A stretch of DNA of 64,000 bases from Octopus sinensis (Eukaryota), in assembly GCF_006345805.1 (NCBI RefSeq), contig NC_043013.1:2294001-2358000 (forward strand), given 5' to 3'. Each line of letters starts with the position of its first letter. Position 1 is the first letter of the stretch. Below are positions 12,463-25,138 of the stretch, one piece after another. The notes beneath the pieces were generated by a model. The model was not told where the DNA came from. It saw nothing but the letters and a program-made list of their open reading frames with translations, and made no database searches. The translations under genes and the position numbers were made by a program.

Positions 12463-13435
12463 TTGGGTCCTTCCATAAATAATGCAGTTTTTTAATACTT
12501 CTTTTATTTTTCAAAATTAAGATAAAGTTCTTTTTAATCTAATATATACCCTCCTTCATTTTCTTCAATGCTCTTCCATCTATCTGGTAGACTTGCAAGG
12601 CTCCTCTTCCAAAATTCACTTGTCCATGATGAAAAATACTCCTCTCATGCTCTTCTGACCTTGTCTACAGAATTCATATTTTTTCCATCTAAATGATTTT
12701 GAAAACTTTTGAATAAATGATAATCAGATGGGGCAATGTCCAGCGAATATGGTGGGTGGGGCACCGTTTCCCATTGAAACTACTCCAGCCTTTGGAATGT
12801 CATCCTTGCTGTATGTGGCCAAACATTAACCTGATGGAAGAACACCTTTCGTCTTGAAACCAAAGATAGTCATTTTTCTTCTAGCGCTGACTTAAGCCAC
12901 TTAATCTGCTCACAGTAGATCTTCTTTGTTATTGTTTGGTTTGGCTTTAAAAGCTCAGTAGACTAAACCATTCATATTCCACCAAACAGATAACATCTTA
13001 TGTGGGTGAAGACCTCCTTTAGCCTGGGGTGCCGGTGTTTCTCCTTTCCCTACCCAGTGGTTTCAGCATTTGACACTTTTATTGAGAACCCATTTCTCAT
13101 CACCAGTTACTATTTGGTCCAAAAAAAGGTCCATTCGTTAGTCATGACAACAAAGAGCACACATTCACTCTCATTAAACTCAGAATGTTTGTGAGGAACC
13201 CATTGACCCAATTTGCTGACTTTTCCAATGGCACGCAGGTGCCAATGAAGGGTTGAATGACCAAATCCAAGCTTCTCTGCTAGTTCCTCAACAGTTACGA
13301 TGGGATTTTGTTCCACCAGGGTTTGCAACATGTCCTCATCAAGCTCTACAGATCTTCCAGTACAAGGTTCATCTTCTAAGCTGTAGTTTTTGACTCAGGA
13401 TTTCTGGAACCACCGTTGACACTGGCTTAAGCTTA
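12463..13435 (-). mobile_element. Decayed, 5'-truncated mariner transposon
   Basis: ORF 13110..13331 contains HTH-like TVEELAEKL and GQWVPH; downstream frames give PAPQAKGGLHPHK and LPDRWKSIEENEGGYILD; TIR-like end after TA at 12461. Confidence 0.85.
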
Positions 13436-14410
13436 TTGTCCAATCCCCATCATCATCATCATTGTTTAGCATCCGTTTTCCATGCTAGCATGGGTTGATA
13501 CTGCATTAATATTCCTCGCACTTTCCATTGCGTTGTTGCCTTTATTGAACTCCTAAAGCAAAATATGCCGAATATGCTCCTTTGTCACTTCCATTATAAC
13601 TTTGAAAAATAACTGTTAAAATTGAACTGCACTCTTCAAAACTTGTACTAAGTATAAGTACAAGGTGAAATTCCCACCTGCTTTTATAGCAAGTTGATGC
13701 AGGTAGTTTATCCCATCCTCCTCTGACTTTTAGTCCATGCAATTGAAGAAGCCACATTATTTATGGGATGACTCAATATTTAGAGCACTTAATGTTCTGA
13801 GTTCAAATCCTGTTGAGGTCAACTCTGCCTTTCCTCCTCCAGGTGGCAGGAGTGAGGTCAATGAAATAAATTAACAGTTGATTAATTAACAAAGAACAAA
13901 AAATATACTGGAATCAAATTGGATTTTTATTTTTTATTTGTTTCAGTCGTTGGATTGCAGCCAAACTGGTGTGCCATCTTGAAGGTTTTGGTCAAACAAA
14001 TTGACCCGAGGTCTTATTTTTTAAGCTTAGTATTTGTTTTTTGTTGAACTGCTAAGATCCAGGGACTTAAAACGCTGGTAAGCAGTGGCGGAGGACAAAG
14101 AGAGACAGAGAAAGAGAGAGAGAGAGAGATAAAAGACATGCTTCTTTCAATTCCACTCATAAGGCTTTGGTCAGTTTGGGGCAATAGCAGAAAACACTTG
14201 CCCAAAGAACCATTCAGTGGGACTGAACCTAGGATCACGTGGTTGGGAAGCAAACTTCTCACCATGCAGCCAAGCCAAGGCATCCACACAGCCATGCTTT
14301 TTGCACAAATTCTTGATGTTGTTGTGCCAAGGTAAGAAATTGTTATCAAACATCACATCAGTCCATTTTAACATTTCCTCAACAGAACCAATGTAGCAGG
14401 ATCTACTTAC

Positions 14411-14580
14411 CGATATTATTTGGTGTGATAATCCAATGTTGCTGTCTTTTAAGAAAGAATAATGATTTTGTATTCAATGCTGATGGTGGTTGGAGAGCAG
14501 CGTGAAGGGACTCAGTATTCTTGGTGAAGATGCAAAGTTGAGTGTTGTGTTCCTTTCTCAAGAATTCAAGCAGAATTTTT
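14411..14580 (-). CDS. Dynein heavy chain N-terminal exon (phase 2 to 1)
   Basis: tttgtatag|A...G|gtaagt; 170 nt; [10 protein letters not shown]...[26 protein letters not shown] matches the L..FL...K.LFFL pattern of axonemal dynein N-termini. Confidence 0.78.
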
Positions 14581-15059
14581 CTATACAAATTTATGAAACA
14601 TAATTATGACAATTAAGATTAATATAATCAAGAAAGGAAGGGTGGAGAGACATCATCTTTTCTGATTAAATTAACAAATATAAAATTTTAGTAAATCCTT
14701 ATAGAAAGTCATTCAAACTGCTTGAAATTCCAACCAAATCTTATCTAAAAATGAAAGAGTATATTGAATAATGTAATATGAGTTACATTAATCCTGAATA
14801 AAGATGGAATGATCATAGCTAGAACCCTTTAGTCATAGGTCAGCATTATAATGGTTGCACAAGAAGTAAATAACACACACTACATTCCTTTAATCACAGC
14901 AATAGGAAACAGTGGCATTCATAACATCACACCTACAGGATACACTACAATTATATTTATAGTATTTGTCTATTGGAGTACAGACATTTTCATTCCAGGC
15001 CTTGGAAAATTATATCTGGATAGTTTGCCTCATCAGACTGAAGAGGAATGTTGAGATTG

Positions 15060-15365
15060 TAGCTAGGCTGTATATATATATATATATATATATATCCATA
15101 GATATACGCACATCTATATACATATATATGCATATATACACACATATATACATATATATATATGCATACATATATACATATATGTATATACATACATATA
15201 TATATGCGTACATATATACATATATGTATATACATACATATATATATATATGTATACATATATACATATATATATATGCATACATATACACATATATATA
15301 TGCATACACGTACACATATATATATGCATGCATACATATATACATATATGTGTGTGTGTGTGTGT
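15060..15365. repeat. Compound TA/TACA/GT microsatellite
   Basis: Direct reading. Confidence 0.9.
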
Positions 15366-15685
15366 GCATTGTGAATAACTTTGTCTTGATATCATTTGAT
15401 GATTGCAAACAAGCATTTATCATCTTACAAGCAATATTGTGCTTCCAGAAATGTCTGACCACAGGGAAACAATAACTTGCTTGGAAACAACTGAAGGTTG
15501 GTGACAAGAAGGGCATCCATCTGTAGAAAACCTGCCCCAATGAATTCCATCCAACCATTGCAGGCATGGAGCACATTACAGTGACGATGATGATGATGAT
15601 GAAGGTGGGATAAGGTGGTAATGATGATGATGATGGTAGTGGTTGTGATGATGATGATGATATATTTAAAATAATTATGTTTCAC

Positions 15686-15835
15686 CTGTGTTTACTGTTT
15701 GACATGAAGGACTTCTGCTCTTCGAGTTTTGGTTGTAAAGATGTTTGAATGTGTTGTTCTAACCACTGCAGTAGTTCCATGGTTATTTCTTCAGATTCTG
15801 ATGAGGAATCACCAACCTTCAAAGAGAGCAAATTC
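15686..15835 (-). CDS. Dynein heavy chain exon near the N-terminus (phase 2 to 2); may contain the start codon (MELLQW)
   Basis: cattcag|G...AG|gtgaaa; 150 nt; [30 protein letters not shown] joins in frame to KILLEFL of the next exon. Confidence 0.7.
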
Positions 15836-16413
15836 CTGAATGTACCAATTACTGATATAATAGTTATAATAGTTATTTCCCTGGTAAAACACAAATCTAT
15901 ACACATTTAATAGAAACAAGTACTGAACAAGGTAGTCTCTACATAGTCACTCACTTTGCTAGAAATAGCAGATAAATGGTTCCGGGTTCAGTCCCACTGC
16001 GTGGCACCTTGGGCAAGTGTCTTCTACTATAGCCTCGGGTCAACCAAAGCTTTGTGAGTGGATTTGGTAGATAGAAAGAAACTAAAAGAAACCTGTCATG
16101 TGTATGTGTGTGTGTGTGTGTGTCTTTGTGGCTGTCCCCACATCACCACTTGACAACCAGTGTTGGTGTGTTTACGTCCCCATAACTTAGCAGTTTGGCA
16201 AAATACCCCAATAAAATAAATACTAGGCTTAAAAAAAAATAAGTCCTTGGGTCGATTTGTTCAACTAAAACCCTTCAAGGCAGTGCCCCAGCATGGCCAC
16301 TGTCAGATGACTGAAACATGTAAAAGAATATATATATATATATATATATACTATCTGAAATGACATTTACTAATGAGTTCATTTCACTTGTGGGGTGATT
16401 TTTGAAAAAGCAA

Positions 16414-16468
<55 letters not shown>

Positions 16469-16579
16469 ATCAGAAAAGTAATGTGTACCTAACTAATACT
16501 TTGATACAGCTATTAACCACAAAACTAAACAGTAAAGAAATGTGGAACCCAGTTCACTAAAGTGATATAGTCAGGCTTT

Positions 16580-16593
16580 GTTGTCATGGTGAC
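16580..16593. promoter_or_regulatory. RFX X-box-like motif GTTGTCATGGTGAC
   Basis: Near-palindromic match to the X-box consensus, about 750 bp upstream of the first clear dynein exon. A forkhead-type GTAAACA (16680) and a minus-strand donor TTAA|GTGAGT (16629) are adjacent. Confidence 0.45.
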
Positions 16594-17410
16594 GTTATGG
16601 CATAAGTGCAAGGCATAGATGAACTCACTTAATGGTAGCAGCAGAGGAATTTAAAGATGGAATTTAGAGATTTTGTCTCGTAAACAGGAAGAAATAGTCT
16701 TTTCTTCTCGAAATAGATACCAAGTTGCCCAGCGAGTAATTTAGCGTTGTATGTCATCGTTGCTGTTGTTGATGCTGCTGCAGTTGTTGTTGTTATTACT
16801 GCTGCTACTTGTAGTTGTTGCTGTTGTGGTTGTTGCTCTTTTAATTACAAATCAGCATTGACCATAGATAACGATCAATGGCTTTCCAGTCATGACCAAT
16901 CTGCCTGTATAGACTTATCTAATATGTTCTTCCTTTTCTTTAGAAGAAGGTGGCAAGCTGTTTTAAGGGGGCTTTGGCTGTTATGTCCAGGAGGTCCACT
17001 GACTACACTTGGACTTCTTCATTGGCTTGTGACATTGTAATGACTAATGGGAGCAGGAATTGTTATAACTTAGAAAATATAACTCAACTTGTATAAAGCA
17101 TCCTTTTCATTCTTGCGTGGATAAGGTCAAATGGTGCCACAGGTATGGCAGCAACACACATTTACAATTGACATATGATGTCAAATCATAGAGACACTAA
17201 CACACGCACAATACATATGTATACAAATATAAACATATGCATATTTATGAATAAATGTATACATATAAACATATACTGTAGAAACTCTGCCAGGTCAAGA
17301 TTGGAGCCTGGTGCAGCCATCTGGTTGCCAGCCCTCAGTCAAAACCGTCCAACCCATGCTAGCATGGAAAACGGACGTTAAACGATGATGATGATGATAT
17401 ACATATATAT

Positions 17411-17445
<35 letters not shown>

Positions 17446-18899
17446 AATATATCCATATGTAAATATATCAAATATATACATATAGCTGCATGGATTTGGG
17501 TTCAGTCCCACTGTGTGGCACTTTGGGTAGGTGTCTTCCACTATAGCCCCGAGCCGACCGGAGCATTGTGATTGAATTTGGTAGGTGGAAGTTGCTGCCG
17601 TGTGTGTATGTGTGCGTATAGCTGCTCAGTGCCTCTCCGAAAGAGAGAGAGAGGAATATACATTTTCATCATCATTATCATCTTTTAACAACCAAATTCC
17701 ATGCTAGTGTGGGTTGGATGGGTTGACAAAGACTGCATTGTGCTTCAGTATCTGCTTTGGCATAGCTTCTACGACTGGATGCTCTTCCTGACACCAACCA
17801 CTCTACAGTGTTTACTGGGTGCTCTTTTCATGTGGTTGTTCTAAAAGCATGGTTGTCCTTGCATACAGAGTTGTCCCTTGCACCTCTCTCCAGCTGAGCA
17901 TTCCTAATCTTGCAGGCTCATAGGTGCTGGTGCCACATATAATGCACCCGTAGTGGTGCCACATAAACGCATCTGTGTTGGTGCTGTGTAAAATCACCCA
18001 GTAGACTCTGTAAAGTGGTTGGTGTTAGGAAGGGCAATCCAGCCATAGCAACCATGTCAAAACAGACATGGAATCTGGTCAGCTCCTGTCAATATGTCCA
18101 ACCCATGCCAGCATGGAAAACAGATGTTGAATGATGTTCATGAGGATGGTGGCTGGCACTACTGAGATCACCAGGCAGCTCACAAATCTGCAAAAGCCAA
18201 GGAGGTGGTGGTGAGGAGGTGGGGTTCCTTATACCATTCGATTGGGATTAATGTATCAGAGAAGTTGGGGGCAGAGCAGATCCATATTGTAGGGCAGCTA
18301 CAGACTATTTGCAATTAGGAGGGAGGGTGGGGATGAACTGATGGTATCTGCAGTGATAGTGATGAGGTATCCAAGTGGTATCTCAAGGTATGAGGTGAGT
18401 AGTAATGGATAGGGGGTGGGGTGCTTGCAAGAGTGTATGTGGTGGGAAGGGATAGGGAAATGGGAGAAAGGGAAATAGGGAGGCAATGTCTACAAAGATT
18501 GGGAAGGATTGAAGGGAGGAAGTGCATGATTTGGGAAGGTTAGAGGGATGCTAGCAGCAGGTTACTAATGATGATACAGTTGAGAGGAGGAGGAGGAGAG
18601 CGATGACATGTTTGGGTAGGCTACAAGAGTGGAGTAGGGAGAAGTGGGGGGGCATGGTGCATGAGATGATTTGGTGGTCCATGGAGGGATGGGATGGCCA
18701 ATGTGGGTCTAGAGAACAATATTAATGGATAGCTAACAGGTGAAATGGTTCTGGATAACAAGAAAGAAAAGTGGTATCAAGAGCAAGGGGATGAGCTGCG
18801 GAGGGAGAAATATGGGGAGAGGGCAATATGAGGAGAGGATGGACCAAGTGAGATTCCCTTTATACATTTATGTGATAGATACACACACTGCTTCCAGAA

Positions 18900-19640
18900 G
18901 TCTGTTCCATTGTGATGGGCAGGTCCTGTCATAAGCCTCATATCACCAGACATCACAGTCCGGTCATTTCCTCTGTGAAGCTCTTCACCACTTTGTCCCA
19001 TGTCCTCTTGGGTCTGCCTCATCTAAAATTTTCATCCACATTTAGTGATTGGCACTTCATCACACAATTGTCCTCATCCATATGCATCACATAACCACAC
19101 CAGCACTGTCTTCTTTCTTGCCCATTGCACCTAAATCCTCTTATACCCATCTTGTCATTCATGTACACTAACACTGCACATGCAAGGGAACATACTTCAT
19201 TTCTTTGCAGCCTTCTCACGTCCTCTGCATTCAAGGCCTATGTTGCACTACCATGCAGCATTGCAGTCTTAACACAAGACTCATACAATCTACTCTTCAC
19301 TCAAAAGGAAAAGATTGTTGTTGCCCACAGCAAGAGTAACTCCATGAACTTTCTCCAACCCATTCTTACTAGAGTTACTATACTTTCTACCTCCTATGAA
19401 CAGAACAGGAACACAGGAGCACAACTCCAGAGCCAACTTCTTGCTCTCATTCCCAACAGACCAGTAGTGCCCAACCTGCAACAGATCCTTCTAAACCCAC
19501 ATCAGACTGATTGGCCACATCCAGAAAACCTCATCACCAATCTTCCTCTCATATAATGTCAAGGGTCATTGTCAACAACAATGGACAAACATTTCTATAC
19601 TTTCAGAGCAAGTACCTCCCTTGCTGATGACATCTCAGTA
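18900..19640 (-). mobile_element. Decayed RTE-clade LINE 3' fragment
   Basis: Broken frames RMGWRKFMELL...KSRLYESCVKTAMLHGSAT...EDVRRLQRNE...GRPKRTWDKVV, typical RTE post-RT motifs. Confidence 0.8.
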
Positions 19641-19652
19641 GCAAAAGCCATC

Positions 19653-19707
<55 letters not shown>

Positions 19708-19829
19708 GATAGATAGATATAGGGTGAAAGATAATTAATTTAATAAAATCAACAAATTTCACCAAGTAGTTTTTTCGGTATGGAAAAGGACCATATTCGG
19801 TAAAAACTTATACAAAATGTTTTTTTATA

Positions 19830-20070
19830 TATAATTATACCAATAAGGGTTTTGCAACAGGCTGCTTGACCACATACTGAAATTTTTAAAATAGTAATCT
19901 TTTGGCTGCTATTTCTAAAATTTTCGGTATGTGGTCAAGCAACTTGTTGCAAAACCCTTATTGTTATAATTATAACAATATATATATGCGTATATCTATC
20001 TATTGATCTATTTAATATATATATATATATTTATATATTAGATAGATCAATAGATAGATATACCCATATA
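19830..20070. repeat. Two adjacent long inverted repeats (19830-19974 and 19983-20070)
   Basis: Arm caataagggttttgcaacaggctgcttgaccacatac pairs with gtatgtggtcaagcaacttgttgcaaaacccttattg; second pair 19983-20011 vs 20042-20070 matches at 28 of 29 positions. Confidence 0.9.
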
Positions 20071-21418
20071 CTTACAGAAGGGGCTTCTCTCAGTTTCCAC
20101 CAACTAAATCTACTTGCAAAGCTTTGGTCAGATAAAAGGAACTTTCCCTCCACCAAAAAATGCATATATGAAAGTGTAATTATCATACCTGAGCATTTGT
20201 GCATGCATAAGTATACATATCTTGGTAAGTATGTAAAAGTATGTGTAAATGTTACCTGAATTTCCTAGAATAGGGTCCAACATTATTTATAGACTCATAT
20301 TGACAGCGCTAGTGTCCTCATCTTGATTGTTACAGTCACAAGGTTTCAATTCTTGTTCTCTTCAGCTTTTTTCGTTTCCACCTACCAAATCCACTCACAA
20401 GCCTTTGGTTGGCCTGGGGCTAAGGTAGAACACACTCACCAAAGGTACTAATCAATTGAACTGAACCAAGAATTGTGTGATTGAGAAGCAAACTTCTTAC
20501 CACATAGCCACACCCTGTGTAGTTTTTCTATTGGTCAATCTCTTACTTTTGATATCACACAAATCAATGCAAATACATACACACAACAAATCATACATTT
20601 TGCAACTTTTCCAGCTGCCTCTTGAAGCTTGTTATAAAATTAGTAATTTTTATTGCTGTTGTTTCATCTATGGGTGTATAAAATATAAATATATTAATAT
20701 TTTCTTTGTATACCAAAACCTAGCATAGTAATCAAGATTCTCTCATCAATTAATTGCCATTCATTAAATTTTTATCTTTCTTACTAATTTATATATATAC
20801 ATCATACATGTATCATTATTATTGTTGCTGTTATTAGACAGGGTGCTTATTAGCACCTTGAATTTTTAGTTCAAATCCTGTTGATATCAATTTTGTTTAT
20901 CCTTTTAGGCGAGGTGAGTAGTGCTTTTTACGTGACACAAGCACAGGTGAGGTCAGTTTTGGTAAGGTTTTTACAGCTGGATGCCCTTCTGAACACCAAC
21001 AACTTTACAGTGTGGACTGGGTGCTTTTAAGTGGCACCTGCACTAAAAGAAGGGAGGAGGCATTGGAAGAGGTGATCTTGTGTTGGATGATGAAAAGGTT
21101 ATAGTGAGACAGATACAGGTGTCTTACTGTAGAGAAAGTACAAGGTTACCTGGCCAGAGCAAGAAAGATGGGGAATGAAGACAGAGGAAAGTAGAGGAGG
21201 AGAGAGAGAGAGTGGGAGGCAGCAGGATAGAGATGGTGGCAAAATGCAAGGCATACTCATAAGGAACGGGGATCAGAATGTAAATGGGATGGTTGAGTAA
21301 AGGAAGAGAGAGATAGAGATGGTGGCAAGTGCCAGGGCCACAGTCTAATGACTGGGACAAATGGGTGTCACAGAAAAATAGACAAACAAAAAGAATAAAT
21401 GAATTAAAAATAAGCTAT

Positions 21419-21557
21419 AGGCGCAGGAGTGGCTGTGTGGTAAGTAGCTTGCTTACGAACCACATAGTTCCAGCTTCAGTCCCTCTGCGTGGCACCATGG
21501 GCAAGCCCTGTGAGTGGATTTGGTAGACAGAAACTGAAAGAAGCCCATCATATATAT

Positions 21558-21600
<43 letters not shown>

Positions 21601-21782
21601 TCTCCCAACATCACTTGACGACTGATGCTGGTTTGGCTACGTTCTTGAACTTAGCGGTTCGGCAAAAGAGACCAATAGAATAAGTACTAAGCTTACAAAG
21701 AATAAGTCCTGGGGTCGATTTGCTCGACTAAAGGCGGTGCTCCAGCATGGCCACAGTCAAATGACTGAAACAAGTAAGAGAG
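21419..21782 (+). mobile_element. Family A CORE-type SINE
   Basis: Head ggcgcaggagtggctgtgtggtaag, internal (GT)n, tail ggtgctccagcatggccacagtcaaatgactgaaac. Confidence 0.85.
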
Positions 21783-22189
21783 TATAAGGCAGGGGGGAAA
21801 TTGCAGCCATGGAGGGAAAAGGTAAAGAATCACAGAGAAACACACACACACACACATATATTTACAATCATATTTTTATGTTGACATAGATTAGATATAC
21901 AAAACATTTTTGAGGCAGATTTTCTATTGCTGGATATTTTTCTTGTCCCCAAACCTTCACTTGTTTTTCAAGAATGGTATTTTTCATTCCACTGGTTCAT
22001 TCATGTCCAATGAAAAAAAAAATGTTCATTGCATGGAAGAATGTAAACAAGGTCACCACTTTTTGCTCAGATGATGTTAATGACAACACACAGAATTGAT
22101 ATTCACATGCAGTCTTACACACATACACACACATATCTCTCAGAAGCTCCATTGCACCCAACAATACACAACCATGCACTTTTAAATAT

Positions 22190-22424
22190 ATTTCTTTACT
22201 ACCCACAAGGGGCTAAACACAGAGGGGACAAACAAGGACAGACGAACGGATTAAGTCGATTATATTGACCCCAGTGCGTAAGTGGTACTTAATTTATCGA
22301 CCCTGAAAGGATGAAAGGCAAAGTCGACCTCGGATGAATTTGAACCCAGAATGTAACGGCAGACGAAATACAGCTACGCATTTCGCACGGCGTGCTAACG
22401 ATTCTGCCAGCTCGCCGCCTTAGG
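22190..22424 (-). mobile_element. Family B SINE with 14-bp target site duplication
   Basis: TSD gcacttttaaatat at 22176-22189 and 22425-22438. Confidence 0.88.
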
Positions 22425-23005
22425 GCACTTTTAAATATGCTGATTGGAGATGCAGCACTTGTCTCTCTAACAACACTTGCAATTTAGCAGCTCAACCAGT
22501 AGAGAATGATACAATAGGTAGATTGTAATCTGAAATATGTAATACAGTTGATATGATTAAAATCCTTAAAAGCAGTGCCCCAGCATGGCTACAATTCAGT
22601 GAGTGGAACCAGAAAAATAATGAAAGAATATACATGAGAGAGCTTGGAGTTAAGACAGATGGAAAGTGAGATAAAAACATTAATATATACCTATACATAC
22701 TTTACATAAATTTCAGAGAATTACATTCTTTGTATTTTAGGAATATCACATGTTTTAGTATGTAATTAAATATACAGAAGTATATCCAAGTTTCTTGAAT
22801 TTTGTGGAACATATATGAAATAGTTGGTCATTTTCTTTCAACTGTCATGATAGCAGGTGTTTACATATTACTATGGGTAAGAAGTTTCTGTGTCTGCCTG
22901 CATGTGTGTGTGTGTATGCAACTGTGATTGTATAAAAAAAAACTTTATACATACCTGTTGTTTAACAAATTTATACATATTGGTTTCTCCATATGCTTCA
23001 CTTAC

Positions 23006-23052
23006 TTTGTGTACTTAGAGTGTCTTTGTTGCCAGGGAAACATCATTCGGCA
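23006..23052 (-). CDS. Candidate upstream (first coding or 5' UTR) exon of the dynein gene
   Basis: tatttcag|...AA|gtaagt; ATG at 23046 gives MMFPWQQRHSKYT plus 2 nt, phase-compatible with exon 15835; contains an X-box. No homology support. Confidence 0.3.
23028..23041. promoter_or_regulatory. RFX X-box motif GTTGCCAGGGAAAC
   Basis: Good match to the X-box (GTTGCC-N2-GGAAAC), 22 bp from a strong minus-strand donor. Confidence 0.5.
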
Positions 23053-23677
23053 CTGAAATACCTCATAACACACACACACACACCACACACACACACACAC
23101 ACACAACACACACACACACACACATACACATGCATACACATATGTATATACACATCGACATGAACAAAAGCATATGCTGATAGATATGAAGAGAAATATG
23201 CTGCCACATGTATATACATGTTCAGGTGTTCTGTTGGGTCTATGTCAGTCTTAATTCTTTGCTCTGTAACTCTGTAAACCTTTGTGTACCACCAGGTGAA
23301 ATATTTTAACAAGAAATTAATTAACAGCTTAAGGATATTAATACATTTTTAATAAAGTTGGTGGTACTGAAATAAGTGGTAGAAATTTAAGCTAAATTTC
23401 TGACCGTTTAGCATTCAAATTATTCAGTCAAATATAATGTTCGTTTGTTTATATTGTTTTGAATTAATCATGGATTATCTTGTAATTTAGAGACTTTAAT
23501 GATGTGATAGTTTAGTTTTAGAATGACATTGTAGGGTTGAGGTGAGAAGCCAGATCTGGTCTGCTTCAACATGAAACTGTTAAAATATTTTGGCTGGATA
23601 TGGCTGATTTGAATGCTAAACAGTACTTAGTTTTATTCCTCAAAGTTTCCAGTTCAAATTCCACCAAAACTAACTTA

Positions 23678-24178
23678 CCGTAAATCCTTGAGTATAATCT
23701 GCATTTTTTCCCCAAAATTTATCGGTCAAAATCCCTAGTGCGTACTATATACGAGGTTAAAAATGAAAAATATTTTCTAAGCAATGTCCAAGTCTCTATT
23801 TGCTGTCCAGCAATGTTTATTCAGATGCATTTTGTGATGTCGGGCGGGAAAATACCTTAAGCTAAGCCTGAAAGCAATGAAGTCATAAAAGAATCATCCA
23901 TAACTTGCAGTATGCAACATTTATTAAAATAAAAGTATTCAGAACACAGAATAACACGTAACAAAAACAATTTGCAAGCATATTTACATTCCCATATAAC
24001 AGTTAAGAACATCACCATTATTGTTTGTTTGACTAGGTGCTGCTGGCTTAATTACGCATGACTCAAGTAAGAGAAGGGGTGCGTATTATACACAAGGTTT
24101 AGGTTTTTCAGGGGTACAGCCTCCTAAAAATCCCCTGCGTATTATACTCAAGGGCGGACTATACTCGAGGATTTACGG
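23678..24178. mobile_element. Non-autonomous Tc1/mariner-superfamily element (Tc2-like MITE), 501 bp
   Basis: TIRs CCGTAAATCCT(T/C)GAGTATA; TA target duplications at 23676-77 and 24179-80; internal gcgtattata subterminal repeats. Confidence 0.85.
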
Positions 24179-25100
24179 TAGTCTTTTTATCACTCTTATA
24201 CAGCTGCAGCTGACTGAAGAAATAGCTTGGTACCATATTAAATTTCAGCTTCAGCGTTTCTATATTTCACACACTTTTTTTGCAGTCAGTTCATTCTGCA
24301 GAGATCTTCTGGAAAATGAACCGATTGACTCTTTCTGCAGAAGCTCACTTCTCTAAGCTGAGTTCAACATTGCTTACTAAAACACTACATAAACAGGAGA
24401 GAAATATCAAAGAGTCCTTTTAATTTACTGATTTAGGGTGAGCAGGTGGATGGATAGATAAGTGCAGGTGTGGCTGTGTGGTCAGAAGATTGCTTTCTGA
24501 ACATTGTGTTGTTTAAGTAAGAGGTTTATTGCCTCATTGTGTTTTGGGGGAAAAAGGGAAAAAAGAACATTGTTTTAGAGAAGCGAAAGTCGGTGGGCGC
24601 TTTTTGTCTTCTCCCATCATCATCATTTTTGCATCATTATCATTCATCTCATTAATGTCCGTGTCCAGCCCGCAAAGCTTCCATCTGTGTGATGCCCTTG
24701 TGGCAAATTATATGAAATATAGAAGATTGCTTTCCAACCATATGGTCTTGGGTTCAGTTCCACTGCACTTCACCTTGGGCGAATGTCTTCTACTATAAGC
24801 TCAGGTCAATCAAAGCCTTGTGAGTGAATTTGGTAGATGGAAACTGAAAGAAGCCCATTATGTGTGTGTGTGTGTGTTTGTCCCACCCCACCATCACTTG
24901 AAAACTGGTGTTAGTGTGTTTAAATATCAGTAACCTAGCAATCTGGCAAACAGGGACTGATAGAAAAAGTCAACAGGCTTAAAAACAAGTACAGGGGTCT
25001 ATTTATTCAACAAAACTCAAGGCAAAGCTCCAGCATGGCCACAATCCAATGAATGATACAACATAAAGTATAAAAGGTGTGTGTGTATGTGTGTGTGTGT

Positions 25101-25138
<38 letters not shown>

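Noticed and set aside
21419-21500. tRNA-like sequences at SINE heads
   Set aside because: A and B boxes are present but there is no complete cloverleaf, and they are contiguous with SINE bodies
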